This document shows, one piece after another, positions 37,769 to 44,825 of a stretch of DNA of 44,825 nucleotides. Every line of letters begins with the position of its first letter. Positions within the stretch are counted from its first letter, which is position 1. A program made the position numbers and the translations under genes. Origin of the DNA: Alphaproteobacteria bacterium (GTDB lineage: Bacteria > Pseudomonadota > Alphaproteobacteria > UBA2136 > UBA6156); contig JAIXUT010000105.1 in the NCBI GenBank assembly GCA_027483385.1, positions 1-44,825 of the forward strand. The letters are read 5' to 3'. The notes beneath the pieces were generated by a model that did not search any database, was not told where the DNA came from, and saw nothing but the letters and a program-made list of their open reading frames with translations.

Positions 37769-38203
37769 ATGGAAGCCTCTTTGTTTGTTATAAGAAGATT
37801 TAATGTTGTAGATTACTTTGCAATTACTAACCTTTATAAAAATGGTAGTTTATATGGTGGTGAATTTGATGAAGCACGCGATAGTCTTGAGATGATTCAA
37901 AAGAGTTTAGAGAGTGATCCTGATTCATTACTAGTGTGTGAGAAAGATGGTATCATTATAGGAACTTGTTCTTTGGTTGATAATGGCCGAGTCGCTTGGT
38001 TATTTAGATTTGCCGTATTAGAGGAATATTTAGATGCTGCAAAAGAATTATATCAATACGCAATTAATATTCTCTCTAAGCGTGGACATAAACAGGTCTT
38101 GGTTTACTCCGATCCAGAGAACCTAGAACTTTCGAAGAGGTATAATTTTTTAGGTATGACGCAAGGAGGCCTATATCGGTGTTTTTGGGTACAACTTAGT
38201 TAA
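37769..38203 (+). CDS. GNAT-family acetyltransferase-like protein, AT-rich
   Basis: LLVCEKDGIIIGT..AWLFRFAV..LSKRGHKQV..YNFLG fold pattern; the Q/RxxGxG acetyl-CoA motif is not evident. Confidence 0.7.
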   Translation: MEASLFVIRRFNVVDYFAITNLYKNGSLYGGEFDEARDSLEMIQKSLESDPDSLLVCEKDGIIIGTCSLVDNGRVAWLFRFAVLEEYLDAAKELYQYAINILSKRGHKQVLVYSDPENLELSKRYNFLGMTQGGLYRCFWVQLS

Positions 38204-38752
38204 ATGAAAACTAATCACCGCTCCAGCCCCAACCGTCGCCCGCGCACAGAGGGCGAGACCATTCGCCTGATTGTGCTGCACGCTACCTATATGGCCGAAG
38301 ATGAAGATGCGTTGCAACGATTGTGTGACCCCGCAACGCAGGTAAGCTGCCACTATTACCTGGCCCGCGATGGCGCCGTGACCCAGTTGGTGCCAGATGC
38401 CGAAGTGGCGTGGCATGCGGGCGTCAGCCGCTGGACTTTCCCTAACGGCGAGACGCTCGAGAACCTAAACCCTTATAGCCTCGGGATTGAAATTGGCAAC
38501 GCAGGGCCGTTTGGCAAACTCTATCCCAAAGGCCCGCCGAAAGAGTTAGAACAGGCCCCCGATTGGACGCAAGCCGAACCGTTTACCGAAGTGCAGTATT
38601 CCGCCTTAGCCACTTTGCTGCAGGGCTTAATGGCGCGCCATAATCTCAAACTGGAAGCCATTGTGGCCCACAGCGCCATCGCTCCTGGCCGCAAGACCGA
38701 CCCCGGCCCGCATTTTGATTGGGTTAAGCTTCACGCTTTGCTTTTGGCTTAG
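38204..38752 (+). CDS. N-acetylmuramoyl-L-alanine amidase (amidase_2, AmpD/AmiD-like)
   Basis: LIVLHAT, VSCHY, AWHAGVS, SLGIE, AHSAIAPGRKTDPG. Confidence 0.93.
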   Translation: MKTNHRSSPNRRPRTEGETIRLIVLHATYMAEDEDALQRLCDPATQVSCHYYLARDGAVTQLVPDAEVAWHAGVSRWTFPNGETLENLNPYSLGIEIGNAGPFGKLYPKGPPKELEQAPDWTQAEPFTEVQYSALATLLQGLMARHNLKLEAIVAHSAIAPGRKTDPGPHFDWVKLHALLLA

Positions 38753-39281
38753 GTAGTTTTTTAGCTTTTTTTGCGACAGGTTTTTTTGTCATCTTCGGCG
38801 TCAGCACCAACGCCTGCGGCCACCAGGGTTGGTCATCCAGCCAATCATAGAAGGTAATCAGGAATTTACTCGTTGTCAGCCACGGTGCAATTTTTAAAAC
38901 AAGCGGCCCCAAGGTGGTATAAAACGGCATCAATAACGTGCCCAGCCAGGTGGTGGCCAACCAACCCAGCAAGCTGTAAATCGCCCCGACCACAACAGCC
39001 GCCAAGGGGGTAAAAATCCCGCCCACCACGAAGGCGAGCAGCAGTGCAATAGCCCCGATAAACGCGCCAATCACGCCGGTTACCAAAGCCACCATCGGCA
39101 GCACCAGCGTGGCCATGAGAAAGCCCATAATTGCCAGAACCAGGCCCCCCAGCAGCGCCAGCCCCACCGCCATACCTTGATGCAAACCAAAGACATCCTT
39201 GCCCAGTAAAAACAGCGCAAGGTTGGTCAGTACCCCGCCGCACAACAGCCATTCCCAATGGGCTTTAAAAAATTTCAACAT
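38724..39281 (-). CDS. Hypothetical integral membrane protein with Lys-rich C-terminal tail
   Basis: Almost continuous hydrophobic sequence; starts 3 nt after the upstream stop with GAGG RBS. Confidence 0.7.
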   Translation of the reverse strand: MLKFFKAHWEWLLCGGVLTNLALFLLGKDVFGLHQGMAVGLALLGGLVLAIMGFLMATLVLPMVALVTGVIGAFIGAIALLLAFVVGGIFTPLAAVVVGAIYSLLGWLATTWLGTLLMPFYTTLGPLVLKIAPWLTTSKFLITFYDWLDDQPWWPQALVLTPKMTKKPVAKKAKKLPKPKAKREA

Positions 39282-39284
39282 GGC

Positions 39285-39695
39285 TTATTCCACCTCGCCC
39301 AACGGCAAATATTTATGCGGCTGACCGTTTAAATTCTCAAGGTCGGGGTGGCCTTCTGGCACATCAAACGTACTTAAGTAATCGCCCGCAGCAAAACCCC
39401 CACGGGCAGCCCGCTTGGTGGCCTGCTCCGCCATTAAAGCGTCGGGGCTGATCCCATTCTGTGCCGCCAGCGCCTGCACCACTTCCAACACATCGGCCAG
39501 TTCCTTCACCAGTTCAGCGGGGTTTGCCAAAGCCTCACGGACTTCGTCAACTTCTTCCACCAGCTTATGAAAAGTGGCTTGGTAAAGCGCATGGTCTTGT
39601 AACTTCTTGGCTTCGCAGCGAAAGCCTTTTGCGTGGGCCTGCGGAATCACCAAATCCCGCACCAATTTATGGCAGGCAAAGCGTGAATATTTCAT
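39285..39695 (-). CDS. MazG-like nucleoside triphosphate pyrophosphohydrolase
   Basis: KLVRD..IP, KLVEEVDE, ELADVLEV, KRAARGGF. Confidence 0.88.
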   Translation of the reverse strand: MKYSRFACHKLVRDLVIPQAHAKGFRCEAKKLQDHALYQATFHKLVEEVDEVREALANPAELVKELADVLEVVQALAAQNGISPDALMAEQATKRAARGGFAAGDYLSTFDVPEGHPDLENLNGQPHKYLPLGEVE

Positions 39696-39724
39696 AGGCT
39701 GCAAGCTAGCACAGGATAACAATC

Positions 39725-39750
39725 AAAAAAAGCGGGGGCCGAAGCCCCCA
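39725..39750 (-). terminator. Intrinsic terminator of rnpB
   Basis: Minus strand GGGGGC-TTCG-GCCCCC-GC-T7. Confidence 0.85.
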
Positions 39751-39760
39751 TAGTCCCCTT

Positions 39761-40150
39761 GCAACGCATCCTGTAAGCCGGGTTCTGTGCTGCCTTACGG
39801 CAGTGATCATCATTCCTCTGGAACACAGGTTGCCCCGTGCCCTCAAGCTGCCGACCCGAACCTGTGCTGGACGCACGCCGCGCCACGAGCAGGTTCCTAT
39901 TTGGCATTGCACCCCTTGGCAGGTCGCCGTACCGCGCGTTGTTGCCAACGGCGTGGTGGGCTCTTACCCCACCGTTTCGCCCTTACCCCGGCCTTCTTGC
40001 GAAGGCTGAGGCGGTTTGTTTTCTGTTGCCCTGATGGTCGGCCCGCAAGGGAAGGGGCCGCCCCGCTGTTCACGGGCCAAGTGGCGTGTGGGTGCCCGGA
40101 CTTTCCTCGATCAATTTTTTCAAATTGACCGCGATGACCCGGATGCCGCC
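39761..40150 (-). ncRNA. rnpB: RNase P RNA, type A (ends approximate)
   Basis: GAGGAAAGTCCGGG, ACAGAAAA, GGGGTAAGGGCGAAACGGTGGGGTAAGAGCCCACC, AGAGGAATGAT, ACAGAACCCGGCTTAC; P1 GCATCC/GGATGC. Confidence 0.97.
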
Positions 40151-40254
40151 TCGTATTAATGCACAATCATAAATAGCGCAATCAAAGCTTAAAATGCATT
40201 GCCCACCTTCCACGGGCTTACCGTGTCTCACCGCGTAAGCATCTTTCCCCAGAG

Positions 40255-40263
40255 TTATCCACA
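40255..40263 (+). promoter_or_regulatory. DnaA box
   Basis: Perfect TTATCCACA about 40 nt upstream of the mraZ -35. Confidence 0.65.
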
Positions 40264-40303
40264 GATAAATATCAGGCAGGGATTAAAAAAAACCAAAATG
40301 GGG

Positions 40304-40346
40304 TTGCATTGTCCCATTGGTTCCCATAGTATCCCAATGTTGCCCA
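40304..40346 (+). promoter_or_regulatory. mraZ promoter overlapped by MraZ-binding repeats
   Basis: TTGCAT-17 nt-TAGTAT (40304-40332); CCCA at 40313, 40323, 40333 and 40343 (TGGG on minus strand, 10-nt period). Confidence 0.8.
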
Positions 40347-40491
40347 AATCCATGCAAGCTGTGGGTTCGTTATGCAACACTGAAATCTTTCAGGGGCTTG
40401 TTGTGCATGAGGCATGGCAAGGAGAGGGGTTCCAGTTCGGGCGCCACGGGCAACGGCGTCTTGTTCAACAGGGGAGCACACACCGGTACCG

Positions 40492-40959
40492 ATGACTGTT
40501 TTCTTGGCCAGCTACCTGAATGGGGTTGACCGCAAGGGGCGGGTTTCGGTGCCGGCGTCGTTTCGCGCCGAGATGGCAGGCCATAGCCGCCAGACAGTCG
40601 TGGTTTACCCAGCACCAACCAACAATAATGAGAGAAAGTATCTCCATGCGTGGGCTTATGATGATTTTGTTAAACTGGCGGAACGGATTAACCGGCTCCC
40701 CGCGCTCTCGCCCGTCCGCCAGCGGCTGGCACGCACGCTTCTTGCCACTGCTCGGCCTCTAAACTTCGACGACACGGGGCGGATTCAAATTCCGGAAGCC
40801 ATGCTACAAACCGCCGGCATTACCGAGCACATGCTGTTTGCCGGTGAAGGGGAATATTTTACGATTTGGGAACCAAGCGCCTTCGATGCCCAAACCGCCG
40901 CCGACGGTGCCTTCACCGAAGCCGACTTGGCCGAGTTGCATAGTTTGTGGCAAAGCTAG
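40492..40959 (+). CDS. mraZ: Division/cell wall cluster regulator MraZ
   Basis: VDRKGRVSVPASFR, FDDTGRIQIP, GEGEYFTIWEP. Confidence 0.93.
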   Translation: MTVFLASYLNGVDRKGRVSVPASFRAEMAGHSRQTVVVYPAPTNNNERKYLHAWAYDDFVKLAERINRLPALSPVRQRLARTLLATARPLNFDDTGRIQIPEAMLQTAGITEHMLFAGEGEYFTIWEPSAFDAQTAADGAFTEADLAELHSLWQS

Positions 40960-40991
40960 GCAGTTTAGTAAAACTTCGCTAAAGAGTGGTC

Positions 40992-41897
40992 ATGTCTGCC
41001 GCTCACATCCCCGTACTGCTGCACGAAGCCATTGCGGCATTGGGCGAGATACATGGTCAGCTCGTGGCCGATGGCACCTTGGGCGGCGGCGGGCACACAC
41101 GGGCGTTGTTGGCGGCGGGGGCGCAGGTGGTGGCCACCGATTGGGACGCGGCAGCCATTGCGGCGGCGCAGGCTTGGGCGCCTACATACGGGGCCCAGCT
41201 TGAACTGTATCACGCGCCCTACAGTGATTTGCCCACAATTTTAGGGGTGCGGCGGCCAATGGGCGTGCTGCTGGATTTAGGCTTTTCATCGGACCAGTTG
41301 GATGACCCCGCCCGTGGCCTGAGTTACCAGTTGGCGGGGCCCTTGGATATGCGTCTCAATAGTACGCAGCGCACGACTGCGGCGGAAATTTTAAATTCAT
41401 GGCGCGAGGAAGCCTTGGCCGACCTGTTTTACTATGGTGCCGAAGAACTCAAAGCCCGCCCGCTGGCCCGGTTGATTGTACAAACCCGCAAAGCCAAGCC
41501 CTACACCCTGACTACTGATTTTCTGGCCACGATTGAAGCCATCTATCCGCCGCGTTTGGGCCTGAAGCGGGCGCACCCGGCGGCCCGGTTATTTCAGGCC
41601 TTGCGGGTGGCAGTGAACGACGAGCTGACGATACTGGAAGCCGCGCTACGCGGCTGCGCGGCCCAGCTGGCGGTGGGCGGCATTTTGGCGGTCATCACCT
41701 TTCAGCCCAACGAAGAACGCTTGGTGAAGAAGGTCTTTCGGGAACTATGCGTGGATACCCTGGACCCAGTGGGGCGCGTGGCGGCTGTGGCCAATTTCAA
41801 GCAGGGCAAAAAGTTAATGGCGGGCAAGGCCGAACTGGCCTTGAACCCGCGCGCGCGCTCGGCCATTCTGCGCACATTACAGCGGACCCATGAATGA
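40992..41897 (+). CDS. rsmH: 16S rRNA m4C1402 methyltransferase
   Basis: HIPVLL, DGTLGGGGH, LLDLGFSS.QLD, PLDMR, FQALRVAVNDEL, NPRARSA. Confidence 0.96.
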   Translation: MSAAHIPVLLHEAIAALGEIHGQLVADGTLGGGGHTRALLAAGAQVVATDWDAAAIAAAQAWAPTYGAQLELYHAPYSDLPTILGVRRPMGVLLDLGFSSDQLDDPARGLSYQLAGPLDMRLNSTQRTTAAEILNSWREEALADLFYYGAEELKARPLARLIVQTRKAKPYTLTTDFLATIEAIYPPRLGLKRAHPAARLFQALRVAVNDELTILEAALRGCAAQLAVGGILAVITFQPNEERLVKKVFRELCVDTLDPVGRVAAVANFKQGKKLMAGKAELALNPRARSAILRTLQRTHE

Positions 41898-42244
41898 AAA
41901 ACGGCCTGATTTTAATTGCTCTGGTTTTAAGCCTGCTGGCCTTTATGGGCATGATGCGGATTAAGACCGAGGTGCAAACCATGGACCGCGAGCGTCTGCG
42001 GCTGGTGAATGTGCGCGCCGAACTGCGCGAAACCAAGCGGGTGCTGGAAGCTGAATGGGCGCTGCTGGCCAGCCCCGAACGGTTGCAGCAAATTGCCGAC
42101 AAGGCCGGCAAGGTGTATTTTAACGGCAGCGCCATGAGCCAGATAAGCTTTGTGCCGCCGCCTGTAAGCCCAACCAATGTAAGCCCCAGCCAGCTGGTCA
42201 GCCCAGCGCCCCGGCAAACCACCAGTCCGACAGGGATTTTCTAG
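41894..42244 (+). CDS. ftsL: Cell division protein FtsL-like
   Basis: N-terminal TM, coiled coil, LEAEWALLASPERL; ATGA overlap with rsmH. Confidence 0.82.
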   Translation: MKNGLILIALVLSLLAFMGMMRIKTEVQTMDRERLRLVNVRAELRETKRVLEAEWALLASPERLQQIADKAGKVYFNGSAMSQISFVPPPVSPTNVSPSQLVSPAPRQTTSPTGIF

Positions 42245-42289
42245 CCCAATCCGTTGACAGTGCGGCCAGTTATCAGGCATAAGCCCGCC

Positions 42290-42829
42290 ATGAGTGTTGC
42301 CACCCGCTATGCCAAAGCTGCTCTGGCAGTTGCCCAGCAGGATAAAGCCAGTTTCCCGCAGTTTGCCAATGCCGTAGCCACTTTGGCCGAGGCTGTAAAG
42401 GCGCCTGATGTGCTGGCGGGCCTGCAAAACCCCCGCCTGACGGCCGCCCAGCGGCAGCAATTGGCCAGCCAAATGCACCAAGCGGTAAAAGCCCCCAAAG
42501 CCTTGGCCAATTTGCTGGGCGTGCTGGCGGGTGCGCGGCGTTTGAACATTTTGCCAGCGGTACTGGCGGCGTTGCAGCAGGAAATGGCCGCGCAAGCGGG
42601 CATTGTAATGGCCACGGTGCAAACCGCTCAGCCCCTGACCGACACGCAAAAGATTACTTTAAAAGTGCAAATTAAAACCCACCAGCAAGCCCGCGATGTA
42701 CAGCTGCTGGAAGTGGTGCGGCCCGATCTGGTGGGTGGCTTTCGGGCATTTTTTGGTGGTCTGGTTTGGGATACCAGCATTTTGGGTGGCTTAAACCGCC
42801 TTAAAGCCAGTTTGAAACAAATCAGTTAA
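42290..42829 (+). CDS. atpH: ATP synthase F1 delta subunit
   Basis: VATRYAKA, LQNP, LANLLGVLA..RRL, VRPDLVGG..DTSI; upstream of atpA. Confidence 0.9.
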   Translation: MSVATRYAKAALAVAQQDKASFPQFANAVATLAEAVKAPDVLAGLQNPRLTAAQRQQLASQMHQAVKAPKALANLLGVLAGARRLNILPAVLAALQQEMAAQAGIVMATVQTAQPLTDTQKITLKVQIKTHQQARDVQLLEVVRPDLVGGFRAFFGGLVWDTSILGGLNRLKASLKQIS

Positions 42830-42847
42830 GCAAAAAGGGAATTCATC

Positions 42848-44530
42848 ATGGCCGAAATCCGCGCGAGTGAAGTAACGAAAATTCTGACCCAGCAAATTGC
42901 CGACTTCGGCGCGGGTGCGACCATGGAAGAAGCTGGCACCGTATTGGCGGTCGGCGATGGCGTGGCCCGGGTGCATGGCCTGAGCGGCGTGCAGGCCGGC
43001 GAGCTGGTAACCTTTGCCAGCGCCAGCGGCGAAGCCTTAAGCGGCATGGCGCTGAACCTTGATGATGACCACGTAGGTTGCGTGATTTTCGGCGATGACC
43101 GTGGCGTGAAGGAAGGCGATGTTGTCAGCCGCACCAAGCAAATTGTAAGCGTGCCAGTGGGCATGGAAATGCTGGGCCGGGTAGTGGATGGCCTCGGGCG
43201 CCCGATTGATGGCTTGGGCCCAATCAAGGCCAAGCAGACCAGCAAAGTTGATGTAATCGCGCCCGGGATTGTGGCGCGCAAAAGCGTGCACGAGCCTTTG
43301 CAAACGGGCCTGAAAGCGATTGACGCCTTGGTGCCAATTGGCCGTGGCCAGCGCGAATTAATTATTGGGGACCGCCAAACGGGTAAAACAGCGGTGGCGA
43401 TTGACGCGATCATCAACCAAGCCAGCACCCACGATGGTAGCAAGAATGCCGTGTACTGCGTGTACGTGGCGATTGGCCAAAAGCGCAGCACGGTGGCGCA
43501 AGTGGTGGAGCGTCTGCGCAATACGGGTGCCTTGAAGTACACGATTGTGGTGAGTGCGACGGCGAGCGACCCCGCCCCGATGCAGTTTGTGGCACCCTAC
43601 AGCGGCTGCGCCATGGCCGAATATTTCCGCGACAACGGCATGCATGCGCTGATTGTTTACGATGACCTGAGCAAGCAAGCCGTGGCCTACCGCCAAATGA
43701 GCCTGCTGCTGCGCCGCCCGCCAGGCCGCGAAGCCTACCCGGGCGACGTCTTTTACCTGCACAGCCGCCTGCTGGAACGCGCCGCCAAACTTAGCGATGA
43801 GATGGGCGCGGGTAGCCTCACGGCCTTGCCGATTATCGAAACCCAGGCTGGTGACGTCAGTGCCTATATTCCAACGAACGTGATTTCAATTACCGATGGC
43901 CAGATTTTCCTGGAATCCGACCTGTTTTACGCGGGCATTCGGCCCGCAATTAACGTGGGGCTTTCGGTTTCGCGCGTTGGTGGCGCCGCGCAAACCAAAG
44001 CGATGAAAAAGCTGGCCGGTACTATGCGTCTCGATTTGGCCCAATACCGCGAAATGGCGGCCTTTAGCCAGTTTGCGGCCGACTTGGATGTAAGCACGCG
44101 TAAACTACTCAGCCGTGGTGAACGCCTGACCGAACTGCTGAAGCAAAAGCAGTACCAGCCCCTGCGCGTTAGCGAACAGTTGGTGGGCGTGTATGCGGGC
44201 ACCAAGGGGTACTTGGATGACCTGGCCCCCAAGCACGTGACGCTGTTTGAAGCACACTTGCTGGAGCTGGCCCGCAGCAGCTACGCCAAGCTGCTCACCG
44301 CCATGGATAAGGGCGTGATAACCGATGAGCTGGAAGCCGAGTTAAAAACCCTGATCGAGCGCGCCAAGGCCACCTTTAATGCCGCCGACCGCACCCTGGC
44401 CGCCGCGCAGCGTGGTAACGAAACCAAGCAGGCGGCCAACACCATGGCAGGCGCTATGGGCGTGGCCAAGGGCGCAACGAAAAAAGATGCCGCAAAGGCC
44501 GCACCTGCCAAAAAGCCCGTGAAGAAATAG
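42848..44530 (+). CDS. atpA: ATP synthase F1 alpha subunit with C-terminal extension
   Basis: [38 protein letters not shown]. Confidence 0.99.
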   Translation: MAEIRASEVTKILTQQIADFGAGATMEEAGTVLAVGDGVARVHGLSGVQAGELVTFASASGEALSGMALNLDDDHVGCVIFGDDRGVKEGDVVSRTKQIVSVPVGMEMLGRVVDGLGRPIDGLGPIKAKQTSKVDVIAPGIVARKSVHEPLQTGLKAIDALVPIGRGQRELIIGDRQTGKTAVAIDAIINQASTHDGSKNAVYCVYVAIGQKRSTVAQVVERLRNTGALKYTIVVSATASDPAPMQFVAPYSGCAMAEYFRDNGMHALIVYDDLSKQAVAYRQMSLLLRRPPGREAYPGDVFYLHSRLLERAAKLSDEMGAGSLTALPIIETQAGDVSAYIPTNVISITDGQIFLESDLFYAGIRPAINVGLSVSRVGGAAQTKAMKKLAGTMRLDLAQYREMAAFSQFAADLDVSTRKLLSRGERLTELLKQKQYQPLRVSEQLVGVYAGTKGYLDDLAPKHVTLFEAHLLELARSSYAKLLTAMDKGVITDELEAELKTLIERAKATFNAADRTLAAAQRGNETKQAANTMAGAMGVAKGATKKDAAKAAPAKKPVKK

Positions 44531-44547
44531 TAAGAGGGTAAGCCCCG

Positions 44548-44825
44548 ATGCCCACCCTTAAAACCCTGCGTCTGCGCATTAAAAGCGTCAAGAACACGCG
44601 CCAGATTACCAAAACCATGAAGATGGTGGCGGCGGCGAAAGTGCGCCGAGCGCGGGCGGCCGTGGAAAGCGCACGGCCCTATGCGGCAAAGTTGGGTGAA
44701 ATTTTAGGGAATATCGCTGGCAACGCCAGTGGCGATGCGCCGCTGCTGCTGCAGGGCCGCGACCGCGTGCAGACGGTGCGCTTGATTGTGTGTGGCAGCG
44801 ACCGTGGCCTGTGCGGTGGCCTGAA
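44548..44825 (+). CDS. atpG: ATP synthase F1 gamma subunit (partial, runs off window)
   Basis: MPTLKTLRLRIKSVKNTRQITKTMKMVAAAK...SDRGLCGGL. Confidence 0.97.
   Translation, partial: MPTLKTLRLRIKSVKNTRQITKTMKMVAAAKVRRARAAVESARPYAAKLGEILGNIAGNASGDAPLLLQGRDRVQTVRLIVCGSDRGLCGGL

Noticed and set aside
39692-40166. ORFs within 39.7-40.2 kb
   Set aside because: Region is the RNase P RNA gene.
40160-40400. Replication origin
   Set aside because: Only one perfect DnaA box and no clear unwinding element; better explained as promoter regulation.

Overview
A core-chromosome segment of a GC-rich, flagellated bacterium, most consistent with a divergent alphaproteobacterium (atpH-atpA-atpG order, FlbD-like activator, alpha-type dnaQ/ihfB; inferred, not searched). 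Contents in order: trxB 3' end; an atypical long-variable-arm tRNA with Asn anticodon GTT; tRNA-Gly(CCC); a branched palindromic repeat; aspS (probably non-discriminating); ankyrin protein; sigma54 activator; MCP; LysM protein; ABC solute-binding protein; dnaQ; hrcA-grpE-(CYTH)-dnaK-(Gly-rich ORF)-dnaJ behind a variant CIRCE operator; rhomboid; ihfB; cheY-cheZ-cheB-cheA; two MotB-like genes; a large TPR-like protein; fliP, an inserted Nudix-like cassette, fliO, FlhB-like, fliK, flgD, flgE; an ABC exporter with a candidate leader peptide; fumC; GNAT; amidase; MazG-like gene; RNase P RNA; mraZ-rsmH-ftsL directly followed by atpHAG. No transposase, integrase or CRISPR array was seen. The most unusual signals are the class II-bodied tRNA(GTT) beside aspS, the leader-peptide/hairpin region of the ABC exporter, the symmetric CIRCE variant, three repeats in place of CheA P2, a recurrent [VIL]SPT motif in exported proteins, a basic AtpA tail and many apparently leaderless genes. 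All calls come from reading the sequence by eye; no database search or folding program was run.
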